The position numbers were made by a program, and so were the translations under genes. A stretch of 64,000 bases of DNA from Opitutales bacterium (GTDB lineage: Bacteria > Verrucomicrobiota > Verrucomicrobiia > Opitutales > JABSRG01): NCBI GenBank assembly GCA_049599475.1, contig JBMYOQ010000002.1, positions 32,001 to 96,000 of the forward strand, in the 5' to 3' direction. Below are positions 37,120-46,415 of this stretch, piece by piece (within the stretch, counting starts at the first letter, position 1; the number at the start of each line of letters is the position of its first letter). Under the pieces are notes generated by a model. The model saw nothing but the letters and a program-made list of their open reading frames with translations. It was not told where the DNA came from and ran no database searches.

Positions 37120-40100
37120 CTATGCGTCTTGTGAAACCTTTAAGCAATCTTCCAGAGCTTTCCGGATCGAATCGATTCTGAAGGGTTTGGTGATGTAGTC
37201 ATCCATTCCCACACCGATCGCATGCTCTGCGTCGCCCTCCATCGCACCGGCGCTGACGCCTACAATTCGGTTGCGAATTGAGCAATCTCCGCACTTTTCC
37301 ATATCGCGGATTGCTATGGTTGCTTCATAGCCACTCATCACGGGCATTTGGCAATCCATGAAAATGATATCATAGTCTGCGCGACTTGGCTCGTTGAGAA
37401 AATCTACCGCTATTTTACCATTTTCGGCGTGATCGACGGTGGGGACCCCCAGTTTCTGGAGCATGCGTTCCAAAAGGGCTTTATTGGTAAAATTATCTTC
37501 TACAATGAGGGCTCGAGAAACTTGCTCGATCGTCTTTGTAGACTTGCGAGGTGTGTTAGGGCTGCCACTCTCGGTTTGAATGGCCGCGCGACACGCCTGG
37601 AGGATTTGGTTCGTTTTTAGGGGCTTCTCCAGGGTGGTATATCCTGTTTTAATCCTCGTGGTTTTACTCGTTGCGCGGTCCTCTATCGCGACAAAAGGTG
37701 TCTTGAACAAGCTGATGAGATCTTCGGATCGAGGTGTGCCCTGTGCGTGAGCGACGAGGAAGTCATAGTGGGCAATAATGAAATCCACTCCCTTCTCTTC
37801 GTTCATTATGGCCTCGGCGGTCTGAAAATCCGCGGCTGAGAGGACTGTGCCCCCTCCCGATTGTATCGCGTTGGCGATTAGGCGATCAGTGAAGGCGGAT
37901 GTTTCGATTATCAGGCCGGTCGACCCATTGAGGGGTCTGCGGCGTTCGAGGTCACTGCTATCGTTTTGCTGAGATGGTTTGAGTGGGAGTATTAGTGAAA
38001 AAACGGACCCTTCTCCGAGTTCACTTTCAATGCGCATCTCACCGTTCATGAGATTGCAGAGACTCTTTGATATAGCCAAACCGAGCCCTGAGCCACCGTA
38101 TTTGCGTGTTGTGGAAATATCGGCCTGAGTGAAGGGCTTAAAAATCTCTTTGAGCTTATCCTCTTCAATTCCGATTCCCGTATCGCGAACCCAGAACTGC
38201 AGCCCTTCTTCTTCACTGTAGTCTATTCCCAGTTCAACATAGCCCTCGTGCGTGAATTTTACGGCGTTTCCTGTGAAATTGATCAGGATTTGGCGAATCC
38301 GGGTGGGGTCGCCAAGCAAGTATTCAGGGCAACTGGGACTCTGAATGACTCCGATCTCAATTCCGGCAGCCCGTGCTTTGGGTGTCATGATATCCAGGAC
38401 CTGCTCCGCAATATCAAGTGGAGCGAATTCACTCTCCTCGAGCTGCATCTGGCCTGCTTCAATCTTCGAATAATCCAGCACGTCGGACACTGTAGAGAGC
38501 AGCGCATCTCCACTATTGAGGACCATTTTGATGAGCGCTTCTTGGCCTTCGTCCAAATTGGTTTCGCGCAGTAGCTCGGTGGATCCGATGATACCGTTCA
38601 GCGGTGTTCGGATTTCATGGCTCATAGCCGCGAGGAATGCGCTCTTCGCGTAGTTTGCCTTTTCCGCAGCCTTCATAGATTCAATGATGGCGCGCTCGGA
38701 GTTCTTGCGTTCGCTGATATCTTGAATCAGCGCCCAGATAAGGGGCTCACCCCCTTCATTCTCTACGAGAAAGCCGGAGAGCTGGACGTCGCATCGAGAG
38801 CCATCCTTCTTGATGTATTCTTTCTCGATGGGGCCGAAGCGTTTCTTCGATTTCAAGATTTCGACCTGGATGCGGTCGGCATCATGATACTCCTCTGGCG
38901 TCAAATCATTGTAGGTAAGATCGCGCAGTTCTGCGGCCGTATAGCCAAACATCGCTTCGCCCGCCGCGTTGATGTCTAAAAATCTTCCACTATCGAGTTC
39001 GTTTTTGGTAATCGCGATGGGTGATGATTCGTATAACTCGCGGAATTTGGCTTCCTCGGCTTTGAGTCGCATATCCGCGAGCTTTTTCTCATGGATGTCT
39101 TGAAAGGCGCCATACATCCGGACGCATTCGCCGTTTTTAAACTCCGAGACACCTTGAGCCCGCACCCACCGCTCATTCCCCTTGGCGGTGATGATTTGGA
39201 GTTCTTCGGTGTAAGAAAAGGGACCTTTCAGGGAGGAGTTCACTAGTTCTTTAATGCGATCTCTACTATAACCCTCTTTGTAGAAATTGATGGCACTCTC
39301 TACTTCGATGTGCGGGTGCTCCTCTTGATCGAGTTCGTGAATTTCGTAGGTAGTGGCCGTCCACATCAGTTCGTTATTGCTCGGTGTGAACTGCCAGCCT
39401 CCGACTTTTGCCGCCCGGCTGGTTTGCTCTAGCAGGAGCTTTAAGCGCTCAAGCTCTCGGTGAGCTTCATGCTCAAGTGTCACGTCGATGTGGATGCCCT
39501 CGACTATCAACGGGTTACCATCCGCAGTCCATTGTGTCACTTTCGCCCGAGATTTTATATAGAGTGTCTTGCCCGATTTATGTCGATAGCGGCAAACATT
39601 GATACAGGGATGTGTCCCTTTACTGACGAGGTGGGTTTCAAAATTTAAAAGAGCAGTTATCGCGTCTTCTTTGAACACGATGCTCTGCCATGCCAAATAA
39701 CCATCGGGCAGTTCATTGGGACCGTAGCCCAACATAGCTCGATAGTTGGTATCGAAGCACTGTGTGTTCTCTTTTACATTCCAACTCCATCGCCCGTAGG
39801 TGTCCGAACGCTCAGCGTTTTCTTCGGCGAGTAATTCTTCGTGAATATCCGAAGTGCTTTGAGCTGTTGCGGGGCTTTCGTAGTTTCCAGAATGCGCATT
39901 CGGTATGATGACGCTGCAAATCATCGCCGCTTTGTTGGGGTCTGAATCTACGTTCTTTATACTGAATCGATGCAGAATCTCGAATGACTGATGCATGCGG
40001 TCATGCACTGTATAGACCAGATTCAGGTTCAATACCTCCAATCGAATCAATTTTGCCAATTGTTCCGATACACGATCCTTATCTTTAGGAATGATGCGGT

Positions 40101-40296
40101 CTATCCAATCCTGCAGGCGTGTGTGGTCTAGAGAGTTGGGCAGGCTCAGGTTGCGTCGCCAGTTGTCGGAAACTTCGATCTTGTCTTCACTCACGGAATA
40201 CCACCATACACCGTCGCCAAATTCTTCGGCGGTGGATTTCCAGACATCAGCACTCGATATTGATTCAAGGGGAACGCTCGCAAAACCGTTTTGCAT
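37120..40296 (-). CDS. Multi-PAS hybrid sensor histidine kinase/response regulator
   Basis: PAS/PAC repeats, SHEIRTPLNG H-box, DTGIG/GGSGLGL and receiver FMDCQMP. Confidence 0.93.
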   Translation of the reverse strand: MQNGFASVPLESISSADVWKSTAEEFGDGVWWYSVSEDKIEVSDNWRRNLSLPNSLDHTRLQDWIDRIIPKDKDRVSEQLAKLIRLEVLNLNLVYTVHDRMHQSFEILHRFSIKNVDSDPNKAAMICSVIIPNAHSGNYESPATAQSTSDIHEELLAEENAERSDTYGRWSWNVKENTQCFDTNYRAMLGYGPNELPDGYLAWQSIVFKEDAITALLNFETHLVSKGTHPCINVCRYRHKSGKTLYIKSRAKVTQWTADGNPLIVEGIHIDVTLEHEAHRELERLKLLLEQTSRAAKVGGWQFTPSNNELMWTATTYEIHELDQEEHPHIEVESAINFYKEGYSRDRIKELVNSSLKGPFSYTEELQIITAKGNERWVRAQGVSEFKNGECVRMYGAFQDIHEKKLADMRLKAEEAKFRELYESSPIAITKNELDSGRFLDINAAGEAMFGYTAAELRDLTYNDLTPEEYHDADRIQVEILKSKKRFGPIEKEYIKKDGSRCDVQLSGFLVENEGGEPLIWALIQDISERKNSERAIIESMKAAEKANYAKSAFLAAMSHEIRTPLNGIIGSTELLRETNLDEGQEALIKMVLNSGDALLSTVSDVLDYSKIEAGQMQLEESEFAPLDIAEQVLDIMTPKARAAGIEIGVIQSPSCPEYLLGDPTRIRQILINFTGNAVKFTHEGYVELGIDYSEEEGLQFWVRDTGIGIEEDKLKEIFKPFTQADISTTRKYGGSGLGLAISKSLCNLMNGEMRIESELGEGSVFSLILPLKPSQQNDSSDLERRRPLNGSTGLIIETSAFTDRLIANAIQSGGGTVLSAADFQTAEAIMNEEKGVDFIIAHYDFLVAHAQGTPRSEDLISLFKTPFVAIEDRATSKTTRIKTGYTTLEKPLKTNQILQACRAAIQTESGSPNTPRKSTKTIEQVSRALIVEDNFTNKALLERMLQKLGVPTVDHAENGKIAVDFLNEPSRADYDIIFMDCQMPVMSGYEATIAIRDMEKCGDCSIRNRIVGVSAGAMEGDAEHAIGVGMDDYITKPFRIDSIRKALEDCLKVSQDA

Positions 40297-40389
40297 AGGT
40301 TCCTGTAATTCGGCAAACGAAATGGGTCTTTTATGCTTCGGCCCGGAATTAGCGAATATTTTGCCGATTAATACGGCTGCTAATCGATC

Positions 40390-41274
40390 CTAACGAAACT
40401 CGTCTAAGCAACGCTTCCGGAAATTCGAGGGAGATTGGCCCGTCGTACTCTTAAAAACTCGATTGAACTGCGATAGACTCGAAAACCCCACATCGAATGC
40501 AATGTCTGAAATCGGTAGGTCCGATTCTACAAGCTGCTGTTTCGCGTGCATCACGCGGGCTTCATTCAAATACTGGATGAAGGTGACTCCGGTCGCCTCG
40601 TGGAATTTTCGCGAAAAGTGCTCAGCGCTGAGCGCGACGTGCTCCGCAACTTCAGCTAGACTAAGGGGCCCCATGAGATTCGCATGAATGAAGCGAATCG
40701 CAGCGGCGACCGCTGTAGGCAAGGGAACCACTTCGGACGCATGCTGATTTTGAGTGTCGTCGCTGTCTTCCGCGCGGCGTGCCTTTTCCGCAGCCTCGCG
40801 CTCAAGGAGTGAAATGACGGCTTGATAGCGGTCTTTGCTCAACCGAGGTGTCGAGGAAATGACCGATGATACGGATTCGCCCATGCGTTCGACCCAGGCC
40901 TGCTCGATATTTGGATCGTCCAAAAGGATTTGGCCCGCGAGGTAGAAGCCAATGGTGGCGCGCTCGGATTTTATGGGAATCGCTGTCTCAGTAAGTCCCG
41001 CAGGGCACGTTCGGGTCACGGTTTCGTCCTTCGCCGCAGATAGCAACGCTTGGTGAAAGGCGTCGCAGCGACGGCACCCTTCTGGGGTCGAGCGAATTTC
41101 CTGGCAAATGCCTGGTATCTCTTTGGGCGAGGGCGCGTCTACACAGTGTCCGAGATATGAAAAGACAGACACCGATACTCCGGTTGCTGAGCGGAAAAGC
41201 TTTTCGAAGGTGTCGTTGGAATCAGAGCTGAAGGAATTGAGTCCTATTTGAGTCGATTTGTGAGACGTTGTCAT
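40390..41274 (-). CDS. AraC family regulator with PocR sensory domain
   Basis: C..C...C.AGL.E..IPI...GQI (PocR) and C-terminal AraC HTH (GFSSLSQFNRVFK). Confidence 0.9.
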   Translation of the reverse strand: MTTSHKSTQIGLNSFSSDSNDTFEKLFRSATGVSVSVFSYLGHCVDAPSPKEIPGICQEIRSTPEGCRRCDAFHQALLSAAKDETVTRTCPAGLTETAIPIKSERATIGFYLAGQILLDDPNIEQAWVERMGESVSSVISSTPRLSKDRYQAVISLLEREAAEKARRAEDSDDTQNQHASEVVPLPTAVAAAIRFIHANLMGPLSLAEVAEHVALSAEHFSRKFHEATGVTFIQYLNEARVMHAKQQLVESDLPISDIAFDVGFSSLSQFNRVFKSTTGQSPSNFRKRCLDEFR

Positions 41275-41680
41275 CGTCTAGTCAAAATATGCGCAGATAA
41301 AATCAAGAACTGCGGAGTAAGTCAAGGGGGGTGCATGCTATACTCTGACCCATCAACACGAGATGTGGAAGGCCGAGGTCTTCCTGAAAAAAACAGTTCT
41401 TTCTTACATTTTTCATATTTTTTCTCCCGGGTAGCCTCCCTTCTAATTCTGCTGTGCTTAAAGGTGCTCGGGAGAGAAACTTTTCCTAATTTTCAGGTGC
41501 GGAGCGAGGTCCACAATGAGGCCGCGCCTGAATGTATAAAAGGCCTGCTAGTCACAGGTCGTTTGAGCAATGAGTAACGGCCGTTCCTAAAACGGTCGGT
41601 CGAAAAAGTCAGTCATACATAGAAAGGTCGATCAATAGAGCGGGTCGGCCTTTCTTGTGTACGCATTTCACAGATGAGCA

Positions 41681-41718
41681 AAATAAAGCCGACCGAGAGA
41701 GTCCCGATCGGCTTATTT
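41681..41718 (-). terminator. Intrinsic terminator candidate downstream of the Zn-ADH
   Basis: Minus strand aagccgatcggga-ctc-tctcggtcggctt followed by tatttt. Confidence 0.6.
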
Positions 41719-41744
41719 GTTAACCGTATCGATTTGCCTGTAGA

Positions 41745-42902
41745 TCAGGGCAAAATGGCGAGCTTGATGCCCTTCATGGCGATGTTGTCCTGCATGGCTT
41801 GGTTGATCTCCGAGAGAGGATAGGTCTGAGTAACCAGCTCCTCAATGGGGATACCGATGCGCTCGCATTGTTGAATAAGGCCAATTGCCTCAGGATATTC
41901 CTCTGGCGTGTAGACCCAGGAGCCGACGGCGGTAATTTCCTTTTTGCATAGATCTTCGTGGGGATTGATCGGGCAGGTACCATTGTCCATGAAGAAGCCC
42001 AATTCGCATAGGCCACCGCCGCGCCGTACGTATTTCCATACATCTGCGGCCGCTGCTGCCACGCCCGTGCACTGGACGGCGAAGTCCGCACCTTTATGGC
42101 TGCCCGTCCATTCTTGGACTTGAGCGAGGCGTTCCTCGAGGCTGCTCTCGGAGATATTGAGGGTGCGTGTGGCTCCCATTTTTTTTGCCATATCTAGGCG
42201 CATTTGCACACCGTCGACCGCGATGATGTTGCGGACTCCGGCTGCCATAAGCGTTGCGATCATCATGAGTCCGATAGGGCCACAGCCTTGGACTAAAACG
42301 GTAGATGAAAAATCGAGAAGGTTTGTCGTCTTAATGCGATTCAATGCGTGGTTCGTGACGGCCATAGGCTCGATCAAGACCCTTTGCTTTACGCTCATTC
42401 CGTTTACCTTGAATACAGTGGCTCCTCCGCGGACGACCATGTGAGTCGCAAAATAACCGTTTAAATGGTAATCTTCGGTGTCCGGGAGCAAGCCGTAGAC
42501 ACCCATACCATCGCTTAGGTTTTGCTTTGCTGGGAACGTTTTTACGAAAGTGTCGTCGTCGGGAATCATAACGGATGTCACGATCTGATCTCCGACATTG
42601 AGCGGAGCGCCTGTGAAGTCTTCCTTCACGCCAGAGCCCTTTCGCACAATAGTACCCGTTCCCTCATGTCCGAGCACTACCGGAATCAAACCAAAGGGAT
42701 CGCGCTTATATTCATGCACGTCGGTTCCGCAGATTCCGCATCCCTCTACCTTAATTAGGATTTCATCTTCTCGGATTTCAGGAATGGGGAATTCTCTGAT
42801 TTCTATATTTTGTGGCCCAAGCAGCATGCTTGCTTGAGCGGTCTCTGTAGGGCTGGAGAGCCCGGAGTCTTGCTCTGTTGTTGGGTTGGATATCGTAAGC
42901 AT
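41745..42902 (-). CDS. Zinc-dependent medium-chain alcohol/polyol dehydrogenase
   Basis: CGICGTD, GHEG and GCGPIG. Confidence 0.9.
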   Translation of the reverse strand: MLTISNPTTEQDSGLSSPTETAQASMLLGPQNIEIREFPIPEIREDEILIKVEGCGICGTDVHEYKRDPFGLIPVVLGHEGTGTIVRKGSGVKEDFTGAPLNVGDQIVTSVMIPDDDTFVKTFPAKQNLSDGMGVYGLLPDTEDYHLNGYFATHMVVRGGATVFKVNGMSVKQRVLIEPMAVTNHALNRIKTTNLLDFSSTVLVQGCGPIGLMMIATLMAAGVRNIIAVDGVQMRLDMAKKMGATRTLNISESSLEERLAQVQEWTGSHKGADFAVQCTGVAAAAADVWKYVRRGGGLCELGFFMDNGTCPINPHEDLCKKEITAVGSWVYTPEEYPEAIGLIQQCERIGIPIEELVTQTYPLSEINQAMQDNIAMKGIKLAILP

Positions 42903-43122
42903 AGCACCTTCGTTCTATCCGTATACTTTTCATTAACGAACCTAATTGTTTGTAAAAGGTGTATTAGTTTATGTTCTTTTGGGCTTTATTAGAAAATCAA
43001 ACGGATTAGCGGTCTCAAATCCCACAAATTTCCACATTTATGGATTCTTTGGAGAGGGAATTAGAAGGGTTTTTGATAATAAAGATTGCCGACGAGTGTT
43101 CAAAAGTCTGACTGGGCCTCGT

Positions 43123-43788
43123 ATGAACGACGGTCATTCTGAACTCACTCACGAAAGCCTTTCCGAAACATTTGATACTTTAAAGCGAACCCAGGTCGCT
43201 GAAGAGGGGATTCGAATGGGTAAAATCGTCGATGCCGTAGCAGATCGTGGATTCGGTTTTATCTTAATGCTTTTAGCGTTACCAAGTGCGTTGCCAGTTC
43301 CCGCGCCGGGTTACAGTACTCCCTTTGGTATCGCGATCGTGCTACTAGGCGGACAGTTGATTGCGGGTGCACGCACTCCTTGGCTTCCTGAAAAGGTGCG
43401 TAATCTAAGTTTAAATAAAGGGATCGCAGAAAAGATGCTGTCTGCCGCGTCCAGCTTTTTGAAGAAAGTGGAGCACATTATTCAGCCGCGGATGCGCTGG
43501 ATCACTTCCCGTCAATCTCGACGCATCTTGGGAATCATCATTGCAGTGATGGGCTCACTCATGATTTTGCCTATCCCGCTTACCAATACATTCCCTGCAA
43601 TGGTTGTGTTTGCGTTGGCCATCGCGATTGTCGAAGAGGACGGTCTGGTGGGTATCGGAGCACTCGCTCTCGGGTGCGGGGCGGTGGCTCTATATGCAGT
43701 CATCATATATTTCGTGATCACTCAGGGCACGGAGGTGATCGATGTGGCGAAGGATCAAATTAAAGAGTGGCTGGGCCTCTCGGCTTGA
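43123..43788 (+). CDS. exoD: ExoD family membrane protein
   Basis: RGFG...LALPSALP, PWLP and PIPLTNTFP. Confidence 0.85.
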   Translation: MNDGHSELTHESLSETFDTLKRTQVAEEGIRMGKIVDAVADRGFGFILMLLALPSALPVPAPGYSTPFGIAIVLLGGQLIAGARTPWLPEKVRNLSLNKGIAEKMLSAASSFLKKVEHIIQPRMRWITSRQSRRILGIIIAVMGSLMILPIPLTNTFPAMVVFALAIAIVEEDGLVGIGALALGCGAVALYAVIIYFVITQGTEVIDVAKDQIKEWLGLSA

Positions 43789-43818
43789 TTTGAGTGTTCA
43801 TTGAGCTAAGTTTTCCCA

Positions 43819-44247
43819 ATGCCTTCAGGACTCGCAGAAAAACGTCAGGCTCTCGCCGATGAGCTATCCTTTATCGAAGACCCGTATGAACGCTTCGCCT
43901 ACATCATAGATTTGGGCAAGCAACATCCTGCGGTTGCCGATGAATTTAAGAGGCCCATGTTTGAGGTGGAAGGGTGTACCTCGCAGCTCTGGCTTGTCCC
44001 GGAATTCAGGGAAGGGCTCTGCCATTTTCACTGCGATGCAGATGCGCAGATCGTCAAGGGCATTGCGGCCGTTGTGTGCACGTATTACTCGGGAGAAGAG
44101 CCTCAGGAGATTATTGATAACGAACCTGACTTTTTGGGCGAGCTCGGCATCACTCAGCATCTTTCTTCGAGCCGACGTAATGGCCTAGGGCTGATCCGCC
44201 AAAAGATAAAGGCGTTCGCAGAATCCTGCCTGCGCGACCAGGCTTAA
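43819..44247 (+). CDS. sufE: SufE family Fe-S metabolism protein
   Basis: VEGCTSQLWL, DA.IVKG and LSSSRRNGL. Confidence 0.9.
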   Translation: MPSGLAEKRQALADELSFIEDPYERFAYIIDLGKQHPAVADEFKRPMFEVEGCTSQLWLVPEFREGLCHFHCDADAQIVKGIAAVVCTYYSGEEPQEIIDNEPDFLGELGITQHLSSSRRNGLGLIRQKIKAFAESCLRDQA

Positions 44248-44258
44248 GCCTTCTTCCT

Positions 44259-45056
44259 ATGGCCGCCTTGATTGATGCCCATTGCCATCTACAAGATGCG
44301 CAATTGGCGTCTTATCTAGAGGAGACACTCTCCAGCGATATCTCGACTTGGCTAGTGAATGGGACGAGCCCGTCGGATTGGGCTGCCGTCGCCTCTCTGT
44401 GTGAGCGCGATGATCGCATAATTCCGGCCTTTGGATGGCATCCTTGGCATGTATCGCGAGAAGCACCTGCGATGCAATTCGATACTCTTCTAAAATATCT
44501 CGAGCTGTATCCACGGGCGCATGTCGGAGAGATTGGGGTGGATCGCTGGAAGGCGGGACTGGATGAGGGTGCGCAAGTTGAGACTTTGGTCGTTCAGCTA
44601 GAGATAGCCGCTGCAGCGGGTCGACCCGCTACGGTGCATTGTCTCAAGGCATGGGGGCTACTCGAAGAAGCTTGGAAGCGCGCGCAATCTAAGCCGCAGC
44701 GCATCTTGCTCCATGCTTTCAATGGTTCCGCCGAAACTGCGCAAGTCTGGCTGAAGCGAGGGGCATTTTTCTCCTTTTCCACTTACTTCATTCATGCGCG
44801 TAAGTCGGCGATAAGAGAGATTTTTAGAACTTTGCCGACGGAACGAATACTTGTCGAAACGGATGCGCCGGCGATGTCTCCTCCCTTGTCCGAATGTATC
44901 CGTCCGATTGAGACAGTAGAGGGAAATGAGATTAACCACCCATTAAACCTGACGGCGGCGTACCGTGCTCTTGCTCGATTACGCTCAGTTGATTTTGATG
45001 CACTCGTCACTCAGGTGGCAGACAATTTTAATGCATTTGCGGAGGTGTCTTCATGA
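44259..45056 (+). CDS. TatD family hydrolase
   Basis: DAHCHL, GWHPW, GEIGVD and ETDAP. Confidence 0.9.
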   Translation: MAALIDAHCHLQDAQLASYLEETLSSDISTWLVNGTSPSDWAAVASLCERDDRIIPAFGWHPWHVSREAPAMQFDTLLKYLELYPRAHVGEIGVDRWKAGLDEGAQVETLVVQLEIAAAAGRPATVHCLKAWGLLEEAWKRAQSKPQRILLHAFNGSAETAQVWLKRGAFFSFSTYFIHARKSAIREIFRTLPTERILVETDAPAMSPPLSECIRPIETVEGNEINHPLNLTAAYRALARLRSVDFDALVTQVADNFNAFAEVSS

Positions 45057-45541
45057 GCCAGACATGGATCGTGGATGGGCATAACGTGATTCACGCTAGG
45101 CCCGATCTTCAAAAGTTGTTGCGAGATGACTCAACAGGTGCGTCTGCCCAACGTGTATTGATAGAGCAGATACGCATCTTTGCGGATTTTGGGAGTGCGG
45201 GAGTAAAGGTCGCCTTTGATAGTGGGCACCTTAAAAGCCTGAGCGAAAAGTGGCAAGAGCGCCAGCGTAGCCGAGGCGTTGAGATACATTATGGTTCGGC
45301 GGAAGAGCAGGCGGATACCATTATTGAGCGTTGGGTCGTTGCCTGCTCGGACCCAAGTAAAGTGTTCGTGGTTACGGAGGATCGGGCGATTCGCCATGTG
45401 ATTGAGGCTGCCGGTGCTTTCTCTGTATCAGTCCAAGAGTTTACGCAACGGCGTGCTGCATTAGAAGTCCAGCAATCGAGGATGCTTAAGAACCAAAATG
45501 CACGAGCTGCTGATGATTTTAGAAACGGACTGCCGCTCTAG
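45053..45541 (+). CDS. NYN domain (YacP-like) protein
   Basis: IVDGHNVI, FD, ADTIIE and VVTEDR. Confidence 0.8.
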   Translation: MSQTWIVDGHNVIHARPDLQKLLRDDSTGASAQRVLIEQIRIFADFGSAGVKVAFDSGHLKSLSEKWQERQRSRGVEIHYGSAEEQADTIIERWVVACSDPSKVFVVTEDRAIRHVIEAAGAFSVSVQEFTQRRAALEVQQSRMLKNQNARAADDFRNGLPL

Positions 45542-45574
45542 AAACGAACGGTTTCGAGTTATCAAAATTTCACC

Positions 45575-45940
45575 ATGGAAACAGAAAAAGAGAGGAGAAT
45601 GTCTTTCACCTTCGATCGATTGATCGACCAAATTATTGCGGGTGTAAAGACAGCGAGCACAGAGCGTGTCGACAACCAGGGAGAAGTCGACGAATGGGAT
45701 AGCGCGATGGAAGTCGGTGCCGTTTACACAGTCTATGATTCGAAGCGGGTGCCGCGCTGCAAGATACGCATCACCTCAATTCGTTTGTGCCAGTGGTCAG
45801 ATATTCCGGAGTGGCTGTGGCGGGGTGAAGGTAATTCAAATGCGGAAGAGTTTCGTGAGGATCATGATTCTTTTTTCGATTTCCCCGGGGCAGACTTTGA
45901 GTTTGTCGGTTATGAGTTTTGCTTGCTGTCTGTTCTTTAG
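45575..45940 (+). CDS. ASCH domain protein
   Basis: I.AGVKTAST...VG....V.D...RGEG. Confidence 0.8.
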   Translation: METEKERRMSFTFDRLIDQIIAGVKTASTERVDNQGEVDEWDSAMEVGAVYTVYDSKRVPRCKIRITSIRLCQWSDIPEWLWRGEGNSNAEEFREDHDSFFDFPGADFEFVGYEFCLLSVL

Positions 45941-45988
45941 GGCTTGTCGGAATTGACTCCTTGCGCTGTTCTCTCGTGCTTTGCACGC

Positions 45989-46354
45989 ATGTACGCTTCG
46001 CTCCATAGTCTTTCGTATGCTCGCCGTTTAATAAGCGGCCTGCTTGCGGTGTGGCTGTTTTTGGCGACGCTGGGCACGGTGAGCCCTGCGATGCACGCTT
46101 GGTTGCACGGGCATGCGCACGACGGTGAATCTTGTGGCGAAGTTCACCACCATGGCGAAGTGGCTCACGATGAGGAGCATGTATGCGCGGTGACCATTTT
46201 GGCATCGGATGCTTCGGCGCCGGCCGCGGCCGTGAGTCTCGTTTTCGAGAGCAGCCTCTTTTACCAGGCTATTTCCTATGCTGAGCAGATAGATGCTCAA
46301 GGCAAAGACCTATATACTCGAAGCCGGGCCCCGCCAATAGACGCGTTGATGTAA
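45989..46354 (+). CDS. His-rich DUF2946-like leader protein with a C-terminal RAPP motif
   Basis: N-terminal TM segment, HAWLHGHAH...HHH...HDEEHVCAV and ending RSRAPP; directly upstream of the TBDR. Confidence 0.8.
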   Translation: MYASLHSLSYARRLISGLLAVWLFLATLGTVSPAMHAWLHGHAHDGESCGEVHHHGEVAHDEEHVCAVTILASDASAPAAAVSLVFESSLFYQAISYAEQIDAQGKDLYTRSRAPPIDALM

Positions 46355-46365
46355 GCTGTGAATTC

Positions 46366-46392
46366 GCGACGCATCCGTCGCTTTCCATCTTT
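46366..46392 (+). terminator. Short hairpin plus pyrimidine tract between leader and TBDR (attenuator candidate)
   Basis: gcgacg-catc-cgtcgc followed by tttccatctttt. Confidence 0.4.
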
Positions 46393-46415
46393 TAAAACTA
46401 CAACTCGTCTTTAAA

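Noticed and set aside
37120..42902. Kinase, PocR-AraC and Zn-ADH as one regulatory system
   Set aside because: They are co-oriented, but a terminator and a long gap follow the ADH; there is no sequence evidence of functional linkage
43819..45940. TatD, NYN and ASCH as a defence system
   Set aside because: Each is a common housekeeping-type family, clustered with sufE/exoD, with no island signatures
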